From the NCBI GenBank assembly GCA_951406725.2, contig OX597817.1, forward strand, positions 72,354,001 through 72,418,000: 64,000 nucleotides of DNA, written 5' to 3'. The notes beneath the pieces were generated by a model. It had not been told where the DNA came from and did not search any database. It worked only from the letters and a program-made list of their open reading frames with translations. How positions within the stretch are numbered: position 1 is the first letter of the stretch; each line of letters opens with the position of its first letter. The translations under genes were made by a program, and so were the position numbers. This document shows positions 13,860 through 29,046 of this stretch, one piece after another. The DNA is from Octopus vulgaris. Its lineage: Eukaryota.

Positions 13860-14207
13860 CGTATGTGTGTATGTGTAAGTGTGTGCGTGTGTATGTATGT
13901 GTGTGTGTGTGTGTGACGCGCGCGCGTTTCCGAAATCGGACGTAGTCAGATCTGGGCAGAGATAACCTCTGCCAGATCTAAAAATCGCCAAGATACGTTC
14001 TAGATCAAGACTGAGCAGGAACTTTTGGATTTCAGAATCTAAGGCAAAGGCAAAGTGAAGATATATGTGTGTGTATGTATATACATGTGCAGAGTATGAG
14101 ACGTTTTTGCACAGCCGTTGTGATGTCGCCTATTTGAAGCCAGTAATTCGATGCCGATTTATCGTTTTTCGTTTGTCTCTGTCATTCACTCACTCACTCA
14201 TTCACTC

Positions 14208-14317
<110 letters not shown>

Positions 14318-14649
14318 TTATATATATATATACATGAAGCAAAGAGAGTGTATTGTTTATGTCATTCATGTTCAATTAATAAATTGTAATGTCTCTCTCT
14401 TTCTCTCCTTCTTTCTCCCATTCTCTCTATCTGCACATGTATATTTCTGTGCACGCACGTGTGTGTGCTTGCCTTTAGTGCCAAAAAGTACTCTCGCCAA
14501 AACGTTCAATGTGCCAGATCGTGAGCGTCCGAACAGATACATGTGAATGGATGAATGTATGGATGGATGGATGGATGGATGGATGGATGGATGGATGGAT
14601 GGATGGATGGATGGATGGATGGATGGATGGGATGGAGGGATGGAGGGAG

Positions 14650-15484
14650 GGATGATGCGTTTCAGAAGTATTGAGACCTTTTCAAGAAAGACATTTATTA
14701 ATTTCAAAGAAGTACAAGACCTCTAATACCTTTCAAAGTAGGATCCTCTCCAGCCATTTCGTGAAAGCCCATGGAAGTCCTGCAAAGTGAAGGTATCCAG
14801 AACCCCTGCAAAATCCGCCTTCATCTTCTTCAGCTTGGGGAACAACCAGCAGTCGCAGGGAACAAGGTCTGGACTGTAGGGAGGGTGGAGTACAGTTTTG
14901 CTGCCCATCTCTTGACAGGATTAAATTGTAGACCGATGTATTGTCCTGGAGCAGGTTCTCTAGCTTTTGCTACGAAATCTCTTCCTGAAGTCCCTCAGAA
15001 CCTCCACAAAGTACTCTTTGTCGGTCCTCTGGTCTGAGGGATCCCAGTGTATGTTGATGATGCCCTTATTGTCGAGAAAGGGTATCGCCATGTGCTTCCC
15101 GGTGGATTTGCTTTTGCCTGGACTCTTGTGCCAGCTAAAAAACAGATGATCAACTCATACAAGTTAATCCATAAGTAGTTTGGAGCATTCCATAAGCTTC
15201 CGTAGTGTTGTTGTCCAATGTAACGCAAAACTTTATTGTAAAGCGAGCTTCTAAATTGTCTTCACGTCCGAACTGCATTCTGCAAACAAATTAGCTATGA
15301 AAAGTTGTGTTTAGCAGGGTGTGATCAACTTGCTCTTACAAACGTCTTCTTCAATTTGGAATAACAAAAGTTGGCAGGTCAGCTTATTAGACGTAGAGTA
15401 ATGATATATTAAAATTACATTAATCTAGGAGTTATAAGTGCCGCTCCTAAAAATAAATCACAAGACGTCTGGAATGCACCCCGT
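14650..15484 (-). mobile_element. Degenerate mariner (DD34D-type) transposon, internally deleted
   Basis: HPPYSPDLVPCDCWLFPKLK (ORF 14723-14908) and C-terminal RGSYFE. Decayed TIRs: TGCGTTTCAGAAGT at ~14656 and GTCTGGAATGCACCCCG-TA at ~15467-15484. Confidence 0.85.
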
Positions 15485-15619
15485 ATGTATGTAGATATTT
15501 ATGTATCTATATATTTATTGTATATGTATATTTGCAAATTAGTCACTCAGTAGATCTTTAAGTTAAAAATACATCTCAGATACTGCGTTTTCCCTTCGTC
15601 AGTTTGTCTTCCTCTGTAA

Positions 15620-15683
<64 letters not shown>

Positions 15684-16469
15684 TTATACTTCTTTTTTGA
15701 CGCCTCACTTGCTTCAAAACAACACGGAACATGAACAACATGCCTTCGCATTCCCTGGACGAACTATCCATTCAAGGCTTAACTGTCATGGACTTTTCTT
15801 TTATATTTTTAATCTTTGTTTATTTAACTATTTATTTATTATTGGTTATCTGTTCATTTTCACACGCTCGCACGCTCTACTTGTGGTAGCATGAAATATA
15901 ATCTTTTGTACGATTTACTTGTTTCTATAGTCTGTTGTTATTGGAGCTATTTGTCGCTGTTGTAGTTGCTATTGTGCTCAGGCATGGCTGAGTGATTAAG
16001 ATGATATCTATGAAATTTCGAGCTCACGGAAATTGAAGAAGTCGAGCTTCTCCATTTACTATTCACGAGACTAATAGATGCCAATACACGCAGATACTAG
16101 TGTCCTCGCATTCCGGAGTTTATTTTATATCTAAGTATACTTATTTGGATCGCCCCTTTTGCATTTGATTGGCTTAACGCTAGCTCTGAGAGTAAAGCTG
16201 GGTTGAAGGAATTTGTATGGAAGCCTGAACGGCAGGCTATCGTCTAACCATTCAAAGTCTGCCTCGCACACAATATTATCCTGAGACAGACTGAAGGTGC
16301 TGTTGCTTGTGTTATACTCACTCTCTCAAACAATTATATAAGATGTTTTACTTGATTAGAATATTACGTATGCATATCTATGTGTGTGTGTTCATTATAA
16401 CGTGTGTTGGATACCAAAGAACTGGCTACAAATACACACACAACCCACAACCGTACATATATATATATA

Positions 16470-16734
16470 TATCTATATATATAAAACTGAGAATGTGTGT
16501 CTGTCTGTCTGTCTATCTGTCTGTCTGTCTGAGTGTTTCCCTAAAACTTGAGAACTACACAACCAATTTCATTCAGATTTTACACATGCCTTACTTAGGA
16601 TCCATGTAATTTCATGGGCAAAAAAAAGTTCAACCTAGGGCGAGCCCATAGCAATATCATATATTCTCCACTATTTCAGTATTACGTGTTAAAAGTGAAA
16701 CAAAAACATTTCTCTATTTTATGTCAGATACTTT
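16470..16734 (+). mobile_element. Helitron-like element, 5' part
   Basis: TCTATATATATAAAACTGAGAATGTGTGTCTGTCTG..GAGAACTACACAACCAATTTCAT; homologous to the minus-strand copy at 54825-55059. Confidence 0.6.
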
Positions 16735-16829
16735 CACACGCTAAGAGGGACTCTTAAAGTCAAAACTACCAAAATAATACGTTTATTTATTTTGGTAGTT
16801 TTGACTTTAAGAGTCCCTCTTAGCGTGTG
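16735..16829. repeat. Perfect 43-bp inverted repeat with 9-nt loop
   Basis: 16735-16777 (CACACGCTAAGAGGGACTCTTAAAGTCAAAACTACCAAAATAA) is the exact reverse complement of 16787-16829. Confidence 0.97.
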
Positions 16830-16967
16830 GCATTTATGTATAGTAATGCCCTATATATAATATATAATATATAATATATATATATATATGTGTGTGTGTG
16901 TGTATGTGTGAGTGTGAGTGTGTGTGTATGTATGTATGTATGCATGTATGTATGTATGTATGTATGT

Positions 16968-17635
16968 ATAAAAAAATACAAACTGGGACAAGAACGTAAA
17001 ACATTTAGAAGACGATACAAAAAACACGGACGGGACATTCGAAGCCTTCAATCTTCAGTCAAGAACCGGATCATCCTCGCAATTTCGGCTGATTAATCTT
17101 GAGATTGCTCCAATCTGGCCAGCCCCAAGGAAAAACTAAGCCAAGCGCATTAGATTCCTTGGAAGAAAGCTTCGAATGTATACAAAACAAGGATAGAAAA
17201 ACGGACCATGTTACACGAATATGAATACAAAAATAATACGTAAAAACAATAATAATAATAATAGTAATAATAATAACAATAACAGGACATCACAAACAGG
17301 CGTCTTTCGACTAGGACGAATTAAACTCAGCTGGTGTGTTAGGAATGTGCCTTGGGGCAGAGAAAAAAATGTTGGTGTTACCGCGACCGCTGCCAGACCC
17401 AAAAGGCCAGTAGTCGGTCAGTCAGTCATGTGTGAAGAGAAGAGAGGGGAAAAGAGGGACAGAGGAATTAAGGAGGGGGAAGAGAGAGAGCGAGAAAAAG
17501 AGACAGGGACAAAGTGAAGTGCAAAGTAAGAAAGGCAAAGGAATGTAGGAGAGAGGGGAGAGAGACAGTGTTGATGAGTCGTACCGAGTTTAGAGAAATG
17601 TGTACTTACATATAAGAGAGAGGGTACGTACACCG

Positions 17636-17671
<36 letters not shown>

Positions 17672-17856
17672 AAAAAATACAAACTGGGACAAGAACGCAA
17701 AACATTTAGAAGACGATACAAAAAACACGGACGGGACATTCAAAACCTTCAATCTTCAGTCAAGAACCGGATCATCCTCGGCTGATTAATCTTGAGATTG
17801 CTCCAATCAGGCCAGCCCCAAGGAAAAACTAAGCTAAGCGCATTAGATTCCTTGGA
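16968..17856. repeat. Direct repeat pair of ~185-195 bp (16968-17163 and 17669-17856), unclassified LTR/pLTR-like repeat
   Basis: AAAAAATACAAACTGGGACAAGAACG...GCGCATTAGATTCCTTGGAA occurs twice. The second copy has a few substitutions and an 8-bp deletion. Confidence 0.85.
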
Positions 17857-17902
<46 letters not shown>

Positions 17903-18303
17903 GGTTGTAACTAATTCAAAACATCCACCTTATGATGGATATAATGTTTGCCTTTTGCTATTAGTCCGCTGGCTATTTGCTACGTCACTGCCTGAATAGA
18001 CAATGAAATTCTATATATTGTTGACGCATGATCGACATAGTGAATTATCAGCTCCTGAACTAAGTAATAAGTGGTTGAGTATTACACATATATGTGTAGT
18101 CTTAAAGTAATCTGCATGCAAAATCACAGAATTATAGTAAAACTACAGGCATTAAGGGCTTCGATATGGTTTACCTGCCCAATTTTACCAGCATAACATC
18201 TAGCACGAATATATAGAAAATTACATTTGTCCAAGACGCCATGCGGTGGGTTCGAACCCCGAGCCGTGATATGGTGATGCAAATTTCTAAACCATTCGGC
18301 CAC

Positions 18304-18380
<77 letters not shown>

Positions 18381-18431
18381 CATACATGCATACATTCATA
18401 AGCGTATATATGAATGTATACAGGTGAGTAT

Positions 18432-18466
<35 letters not shown>

Positions 18467-18558
18467 AGTGTGTGTGTGTGTGTGTGTAATGGAACAAAGT
18501 ACGAACGGGTAGTCTCAAAGTGTCAAATCAATTTAATCTATATCCCTATCTATCGCTT

Positions 18559-18593
18559 CTGATGAGAGCTCAATAGAGTTCGAAAATCGATTA
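18559..18593 (+). ncRNA. Minimal hammerhead core (stem I not recognisable)
   Basis: CUGAUGA GAGCUC aaua GAGUUC GAAA AUCGAU UA: both core boxes, a 6-bp stem II and palindromic stem III AAUCGAUU. Runs into (CATA)n. Confidence 0.65.
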
Positions 18594-18659
18594 ATACATA
18601 CATACATACATAATAACTACATACATGTGTACATATATACGTGTGTATGTTTGTGAGTA

Positions 18660-18800
18660 GGGTGTATGACCTAGTGATTAAGCTGTTGCACTCACAACCC
18701 TACGATCGTGATTTCGATTCCCAGACTTGCCAGCGCGTTGTGCTTTTGTGTTAAACTTTTCGTTTCACGTTCTTCTGCGATCATTTCGACATTGAACGCG
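18660..18800 (+). mobile_element. tRNA-derived SINE family C, 5' fragment
   Basis: TGACCTAGTGATTAAG..GATTTCGATTCCCAGAC..GCGTTGTG matches the head of the 37163 copy. Confidence 0.6.
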
Positions 18801-20031
18801 GCCGTGCCAAGAATTTTTACATGTTCGAACAAGTTTGAAAAAAAAAACCTTGTTCACCATATATACAAATACATTCCATGCAACAGAACAGCAACAAATA
18901 AAAACTGTGCATCAGAAGTCCAAAGAGTGATCGTAGACGTCCAACATATATAGAAATTAAGGGCAGGGAAAATAACCAGCGTTAATTCTTACGCTGAAAG
19001 CTGACATTAATGCAGTAAAGAACAACTTAATATCTTCTCACCCACCGACAATCAAAGCCTAAACTTTTATGACAATAAAGGTCAACAATATACAAAGAAA
19101 AATAGTATTTCTTAACACATCCAATAACACTTTTTGCTCTGATCAAATTACACTTCGTATTTTCAGTATGTGTTTTCATCGGAAACGGAAATATATCCAA
19201 GTTTTAAGCATTTACAAGAAATTGCGAGACTTTATTCATGTGCGAAAGGTAATAAACAGATATATAAACACAACAAAAACCTACTTAAAGCAGCTCTGCT
19301 ACACCTATGAAATAACGATTTCGTTGTAATATGTTAACGCGGTAGGAGCAATCAATTTTCTGCTATGGACAAATACGAAAATATTACAGAAATAATATAC
19401 TTTAAGATAACAGGAAATTCGTTGAAATTGGGCAAGACAACACTATAAAAATAGCAATTAAATTCAATAAATTATGACTGTAAATGCTTGAATAAGGCCT
19501 ATTCCTTTCCAGTACGCAGGAGGGTATAGCTCAAAATTCGTTTATTATATCAAACAGATTTAAAATCTCTTCTGACCTATAATTTCCCAAATCATCACGT
19601 CTACTCACAGAATAGAGAAACGTCCGGAAGGATTCATAAAGAAACATACAACTGAGTGGTATATTATATGGTTATGAGATGAAATCATAGAAATTTTATT
19701 AGCAACAAATTTTTCAACATTTTCCCCATGGATGTAGAATGTCTTCTTGCTAATTTCTTGTAATGGAAACTATATACATAATATTGGATGAAATATGTAC
19801 ATTCCCTACAATAAAACCACCAAGTATCCCAAGAAACAACGCTAGAAAGTTTCTGTTCGTCAGCACAACCGAAATTTCCTCTCGTTTTCAAGCCGATCAG
19901 ATAATCATGAACACTTTTCAGCTGGGTTCTCTAGTCGGTCCACATTCGTGTCATCTCACAAGTTTAACTTTCAAAACAATATTATTCTTAAACATAACTA
20001 CACAATGGGCATATATGCATACATACATACG

Positions 20032-20078
<47 letters not shown>

Positions 20079-20817
20079 GCGTGTGCATACATACATACAT
20101 ACATACATACAAACATACATACATACATACATACATACATACATACAAGTATGAATTATATGTATATATATATATATATATATCTTTTACTTTTTACTTC
20201 TGATAATCATTAGAATGCAACCATGCTGGCGCACCACCTTCAAGAACTTTAGTTGAACGAATCAACTCCAGGAAAGCCTTGTACTTATTCTGTCGATATA
20301 TTTTGCAGAACTGCAAAGTTGCAAGGACGTAAACACTCCAACACCGGTTATCAAGTGCTGGTGGGGAACAAAAATTGATACAAAGCCACACACACATTTA
20401 CATACCTACATGCCTTTTCAGTTTTTTTCGCGCTTATTCAATTTTTTATTTCATCATGGTATGTCATTGTTACATAATAATGCAACATATGCTCAGTCAT
20501 AAAACCTGTGTATGCAAATCATTAAAATTTATTTAACGTATCACTCATTAAGATATTGAAAAATATTAAAGATATAAAAGTGTAAATCCCCGCGAAAAGG
20601 TGAGTAAAGGAAAGTTTAAGCATCCAGATGGGAGTTAAAGTTTCCAACGATAAGACGGTAGCACTCCACTTTCAAGAATTAAATAGTGATACTCCGACGG
20701 CCACTTCAAGGGTACAGTAATCCATTCAAATAAAGGATATTCCTATCCAAACCTTAGACACTGCCTCCTTCAGCAGGGAGAATGTATTAGTTAAGGATTC
20801 ACAGCTCATATGCTGTC

Positions 20818-20859
<42 letters not shown>

Positions 20860-20862
<3 letters not shown>

Positions 20863-21230
20863 TCTTTTACTTGTTTCAGTCATTAACTGCGGCCATGCTA
20901 GGGCACCGCCTTTAGTCGAGCAAATCGACCCCAGGACTTATTCTCTGTTATCCCAGTACGTATTCTATCGGTCTCTTTTGATGAAGTTACGGAGACATAC
21001 ACACACCAACATCGATTGTCAAGCGACGTTAGGGACAAATACAGACACACAAATGTATACACACACAGAGAGGCTTATTACTGTTTCCATCTACCAAATC
21101 CACTCACAAGGCTTTGGTCGGCCCGCGGCTGTAATGGAAGACACCTGCCCAAGGTGCCACGCAGTGGGACTGAACCCGGAACTATGTGGTTGATAAACAA
21201 GTTACTTACCACACAGCCACTTCTGCCCCT
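20860..21230 (-). mobile_element. SINE family A, near full-length
   Basis: Full head (GTGGCTGTGTGG..GGGTTCAGTCCC) through tail (GAAACAAGTAAAAGAG) on the minus strand. A further tail fragment is at 20184-20395. Confidence 0.88.
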
Positions 21231-21234
21231 CATA

Positions 21235-21293
<59 letters not shown>

Positions 21294-21325
21294 ATATAAT
21301 GCATATGTATGTTAACTAATACATT

Positions 21326-21414
21326 CTCCCTGATGAAGAAGGCAGTGTCTAAAGTTTGGATAGGAATATTCATTATTTGTATGGATTACTGTACCCTTGA
21401 AACGGCCGTCAGAG
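21326..21414 (+). ncRNA. Type I hammerhead ribozyme with extended stem II
   Basis: CUCC CUGAUGA AGAAGGCAGU-(~40 nt)-ACUGUACCCUU GAAAC GGCC GUC AGAG. The mirror copy at 20692-20780 has a perfect stem I (CUCC/GGAG) but a mutated core. Confidence 0.75.
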
Positions 21415-21951
21415 TATCACCATTTAATTCTTGAAACTGAAGTACCATAAACTAAGCATTGGAAACTTAACCTTCCATCTGGATGCTTGAACATTTTATT
21501 CATCTTTACGCGAGGATTTACACTGTTATTTTATATATTTTTAAAATATCTTTTTAACAGCACTCTTAATCTGTAAGTAGGACGATGTCCGTACAACGTA
21601 AGCTGCCAATATAGTTTTTTCTACCCATATATGTCTATTATGTTTTTATATATTTATGTATCTGTAAATTTTGTAATATTTTCAATATTTTAATGATTGA
21701 TACATTAAATAAATCTTAATAATTTGCACACACCGGTTTATGGCTGCGTATAAGTTGCATTATCTTTCTAAATTGTCGAACTTACCAGAATTCTCCTTTT
21801 AAATATATGTTTAATTAACGTCTCAGGTCGTCTACCTGTTGACTTCACAACGCCGTCTATATAATAAACAAAAATATAACTACATACATATATATACAAT
21901 CTTCTATCTTATACCGAGGTCTCATTCTTTTGTTGTCACTTTTTATGATTT

Positions 21952-22005
<54 letters not shown>

Positions 22006-22029
22006 TGTGTGTTTGTGCGTGTGTGTATA

Positions 22030-22272
22030 CAATTGCAGCGTGGAAGTTGTTTATAAGGCGTGCTGAGATGCACCACGGAATATTTTAATGCTATTTATAA
22101 ATTCCATCAGCGACAAAAATATGTTGACAAATTGAATTTAAATATTGAAGTGAATCTAATGGTTTTTGTGTGTTTTTAAACGGCATATAAACACCTTCCA
22201 CGCTGCATTTGTTTTTGTTTCAGCACACGATCTCAGATCAGGTCACGTGCTATGCAAGTGTATCTCCGTAAT
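22030..22272. mobile_element. Short DNA-transposon-like repeat fragment (also at 33413-33635)
   Basis: AAACACCTTCCACGCTGCA..CAGCACACGATCTCAGATCA..ATCTCCGTAATATA is shared with 33554-33639. Internal inverted segment at 22031-22060 / 22181-22210. Confidence 0.55.
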
Positions 22273-22346
22273 ATATCTATATAAAATTATATACACATAT
22301 ATGTGTATATAAATATATATGTATATATATACATATATATTTATAT

Positions 22347-22394
<48 letters not shown>

Positions 22395-22402
22395 TCGCGC
22401 GC

Positions 22403-22450
<48 letters not shown>

Positions 22451-22559
22451 TTCAGAGTCATTTCTATTATTAGACTTACCTGAATCGGACGCGCCAGTCC
22501 ATTCATACTCATAACCAGATGTGTAGACAAGAACAAAGTAAAATGAAATTCCTTCCTTC

Positions 22560-23160
<601 letters not shown>

Positions 23161-23308
23161 AGAAAAACACAGCCCACAAACCTTACACGTATGTGTATGT
23201 GTGCGTACATACGTAATAATAATAATAATAATCCTTGGATGAAATTTATAAGTAACATTAAAATATTTGTAAATTCACTCGAATGATTATTACTATTATT
23301 ATTACTGC

Positions 23309-23362
<54 letters not shown>

Positions 23363-23478
23363 GCGTGTGTGTATATATATATATTTATACACAGACATAC
23401 GTACACACACATATATATATATGGTTATATTCATTTACTAACATATACACACATATATATGTATATGTCTATGTATGT

Positions 23479-23509
<31 letters not shown>

Positions 23510-23512
<3 letters not shown>

Positions 23513-23554
23513 CGGTTGTAAAGCGATGTTGGGGTGATAAACACAGACACACAA

Positions 23555-23598
<44 letters not shown>

Positions 23599-23795
23599 GA
23601 CAGGCTTCTTTCAGTTTCCGTCTACCAAATCCACTCAGAAGGCTTTGTTCAGCCCGAGGCTATAGTAGAAGACACTTGCCCAAGGTGCCACACAGTGACA
23701 CTGAACCCGAAACCATGTGCCTGGTAAGCAAGTTACTTACCATACAGCCACTCCTGCGCCTATAGTTACTTACCACACAGCAACTCCTAAGCCTA
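23510..23795 (-). mobile_element. SINE family A, 5' two-thirds, with the first ~33 nt of the head duplicated
   Basis: AGTTACTTACCA(T/C)ACAGC(C/A)ACTCCT occurs twice in tandem at 23730-23795; the body matches family A. Confidence 0.82.
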
Positions 23796-24010
23796 CATAT
23801 ATATATATATATTGTTTTATTTCGGGATGGCTATTTTTGTTTTCTTGCCAAACACGCCCACTATATATTCCTTCTTCACTCGTTTATTATTGTTCTTATT
23901 TTATCCTGTGTCCACTGTCTGGAAATCTTTCGTCACACACCTGTGACGTCTTTGGTGACTCTTCCATCCCGCGTGTCTGTTAAACAATAGAACAGGAAGA
24001 GACTCATAGG

Positions 24011-24044
<34 letters not shown>

Positions 24045-24562
24045 GTATTTATATATATATATAATGGCGGTGCCCCAGCATGGCCACAGCTCATTAGCTG
24101 AAACTGGAAAATCGAAAATCAAATATATACATATATATATATACACATATTTGTGTATTTATATATATACACACACCTACATGCATATACATATATACAT
24201 TCATACATATATATACATATGCATTGTATAAGCATATAAATATATATATGCATATATATGTATATGTTAGTAAATGAGCATAACCATATATATATATGTG
24301 TGCATGTATGTCTGTGTGTGTGAGAGAGAGAGTATATTATATATGTCTATGGATGAAGGGGATATGTGTGTGTGCATGTTTGTGTATGTATATGCATGTA
24401 TTTATATATATATATATGTATGCATGTATATAAATACGCAAATACACCTGACACAGCAGAAACATACAGAGTTTAGCTCACCTACAATGATCCTTCTATT
24501 TACTTTTTAAATATATTCAAAGAAATACCTGAACAGATTGATTGGTAGATATATAAACAAAC

Positions 24563-24659
<97 letters not shown>

Positions 24660-25124
24660 TGTATGTATGCACACACACACAAACATTGCATACAAATATA
24701 TTTACATACGTATCTATATTTACTCATACACGCACGTGTATTTTACAAATACGAGGTATCTGATCTGAACACACCTATTTTTGCTTTGTTTGTTTATTGT
24801 TATTACAGAAGGATTTTTTTAGTAGTAGCTCATTATGCTGCTGCTGCTGCTGCTGCTATTCACTATTATTAGTGTCATGTTTTTTCATTTCTCTTCACCT
24901 GAAGTTTGGTGTGCGTGTTAGTCAGTCATACATTCTTACGTTCTACACAATATTGACCTGCTACAGGTAGTTTGAGACGCTCGCTTGGTGTTTTTTTTTC
25001 CTTCTTTCCTTTTACCTGTACTCAACCACAGGTGTACACATACACACACATACACACACATACACACACACATACATACATACATACAGACATACATACA
25101 TACATACATACATACATACATACA

Positions 25125-25161
<37 letters not shown>

Positions 25162-25584
25162 AGGAAATGGGAATTCAACTTACCTGTCGCCAATCTTGGA
25201 TCTAATTTTTAAAGGATATATTTACATCGCTATCACTCATCTCAGGCGTCAGATACTGTTACGTAAGTTAATTTTTCTAGTACTTATATAATATTGTATT
25301 TATACATATACAATCATATACATAATACATAATACACGTACTCTTCTGTTTGTGTAGGAAGCCATATAATAGATATACGAAAATATTTATATATATACGT
25401 TTCTATGAATGTATGAGTGAATGTGTGTGTGTTTGTGTGTGTGCTGGGGAGTGTTTTATCAGAAGGTGTGTAATGTGACTTCTGTAAGCAACTTCTATAT
25501 GACTAGTTCTGGTAGATACCGGGAAAATCCACAGGGGATACAACAGGACTAATTTTGCAAGCGACCATTGTCCTGAATTAAATT

Positions 25585-25616
<32 letters not shown>

Positions 25617-25624
25617 TGTACGTG

Positions 25625-25970
25625 CAAAACGACCCCCGTCCAATAGACGGTGCTGAGTTGTCAAACATTTAAACCAAATTTTCTCAAAACAACTTGTCCG
25701 ACCGTCCCATAGGCCACCCCTTTGAGAAACATTGATTTAACCTAAATTTGAGACACCAGCAAAAGACGGATTTCTACTGAGGTACTTGCGCGTACAAATG
25801 CATGTTCCGCGGCTTTATCGATCGTATTCTCACCTGAAATCGATTTTTGTAAATTTTTGAAGACTTATATACGTCCTGATACCGTCGGTATCTACATATC
25901 AAATTTGAGCGCAATCGGATGGAGGATGCCCGAGATCCTAGAAGGCACACACACAGACAGACAACGGATT

Positions 25971-25980
<10 letters not shown>
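25625..25980 (-). mobile_element. Helitron-like non-autonomous element
   Basis: Ends AAATTTGAGCGCAATCGGATG..CACACACAGACAGACAACGGATTTTATAATATA, the same terminal architecture as the 12.1 kb element. Confidence 0.5.
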
Positions 25981-26014
<34 letters not shown>

Positions 26015-26399
26015 CATATATAAGCCTTCTACTTGCTTCATCCTCTAGAAAGCGCTCATGCTGGAGAACTGCCCTCAAGAATTTAATTGAACAAATCGAC
26101 ACCTCTTTTTTTAAAAGCCTGGGACTTATTCTGGCAGTCGACTATTCCAAACCACTACTTTACGGGGACATAAACACACCGACACCGATTGTCAAGCTCT
26201 GGTTGGTGGACAAACACAGACACAAAGACACATATACACACACACGCACATAAACACATACTCATACTCACATGCACACACAGTTTATGAATCCATAAAT
26301 GAGAAAAATATTAACTGATACATTTGTCAATAAAGTGGGTATTTTAAACAGTCGTTATATCTTTTCATACCTGCTTGCTCTGACGAACACTGTATTACA

Positions 26400-27225
<826 letters not shown>

Positions 27226-27339
27226 TGTATGTATGCATGTATATATGTATGTATACACAGATGTGTAGATATATATATATATGCATACATATATATATAT
27301 ATGTATCTTCTATTTTTTTAATTATTATAAATCGTCCCC

Positions 27340-27380
<41 letters not shown>

Positions 27381-27926
27381 GCAATTATGCAGATAAATAA
27401 ATTGGGTACATTATTTATACTAAATATAATAGCTGGGGTATGAAATACAAAATATATATGTATACACGCAAAACAAGAGGAAGCAAAGGGTGGAGACTTT
27501 GAGATGATGGTTTAGATATTTATAATAGGCCCAACTTATAGAGTACAAACGATATTCGCTATCACCATTCCCTGTCTTAATATCCCTCACCCATAACCCA
27601 CACCGACTCCCCCCTCTGATACACCTTGTTCTCCACATTTAATCATCTTTGAACTTCTCTGCATTAAGATCTGAAATGTAAGATCTTCTCTACCCCGATG
27701 ACAGTGGCTCGTTGCATTCAATGTTGTTTGCATCCAGTACGGCTAATATTGATATGAATTACATCTAACAACATTACTATGGATCTCCGAGCTCCCAGAA
27801 ACATCTGTTGGTCTTATAACACCTTCCTACCACCCCTTTAATTTCCTCTGTCGTTTGTCCTCTGAGTAAGATGGGTCTGTTAATAAAATATCGATATATT
27901 TATACTTAGAAATATGTGATCTGAGG

Positions 27927-27975
<49 letters not shown>

Positions 27976-28220
27976 ATTTGATCTGAGGTCAGTCTGTTGA
28001 AGCTTAAATAATAAAACTTTGGAAGGGATATTAGCCATTAAAAAAAAAACACAGACTATTAGTTTCACATGAATTATTATTATGTGTGAAAATTCTCGTA
28101 ACGACAACTGCGCAGTTGATTCGTATTAATCACGAGGTCACAGTTGGTGCGACGAAATTTTGAGACCAAATGATAAAGAGAAGATAACAGTCTTTGTATA
28201 ACTTTGAATGACCGTAATTG

Positions 28221-28281
<61 letters not shown>

Positions 28282-28461
28282 ACACAAACACACACAGAAA
28301 CATGCACACATACATACAGATACCTAAGTGTGTATGTGTGCGTACCTATCTATGCATATGCACACGAGCACACACATATATATACATATAAATATAATGT
28401 ACACTGATATATACATATTATATATTTATATATATGATATAATTGTATATGCATGTGTGTG

Positions 28462-29046
28462 TGTCCCGTTTCCCCTCACCTACCACCTCTCCAACATGCC
28501 CCTCCAACACACCATACTCCGAGCCTTTAGGCGACTCTAGTCCGACCCCTCCAACTTGCACATCTTCCCCAACCTACCCCTTTCCTCCTTCAAACGAGCC
28601 CACAACCTTTCTTCCCTAGCCCCACCTCCCAACGTGGGTCATTCCCCTGCTCCCGCCCACGCTGCTGTACTTACTCTACCTCTCCAACACCACCATCCTA
28701 ACAGGCACCCATCATTGTCCCTATCTCATCACCAACTCCTTTACCTGAACTTCCAGTAATGTCATTTACTGCATCTCCTGCTCTTTCTGCCCTCCTACAC
28801 ATCGGTCAAACGGGACGTCGGTTGGCTGACCCGTTCGCGGAGCACCTCTGAGACATCAGACTCATAAATGACACCCCGGTCTCGCGCCATTTCCGCTCTA
28901 CCGGTCATTCACGACATCTGTCTGTGTTCGGACTGTCTTTGCACAGAGGTCATCCGAATTCCCGCCTTCGCCGTGAACAAGAATTAATCTTCTCTCTTCA
29001 CTCATTTGCGCCATATGGGTTCAACTCCCCTCCTCTCTTCATCTGA
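28462..29046 (+). mobile_element. Penelope-like element remnant: RT-endonuclease linker and GIY-YIG endonuclease
   Basis: PFPLTYH..IFPNLPLSSFKRAHNL, then SSNVIYCISCSFC..HIGQTGRRLADPFAEHL*DIR..PVSRHF..GHS..RLRREQELIFSLHSFAPYGFN (translated by eye, frameshifted). Confidence 0.85.

Larger units (their letters stand above)
20477..21763. mobile_element. Inverted pair of hammerhead-bearing (Penelope pLTR-like) repeats: arms 20477-20793 and 21312-21763
   Basis: The arms are diverged reverse complements (e.g. GCATCCAGATGG/CCATCTGGATGC, AGGGTACAGTAATCCAT/ATGGATTACTGTACCCT). Each has a hammerhead at its inner end. Confidence 0.8.
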
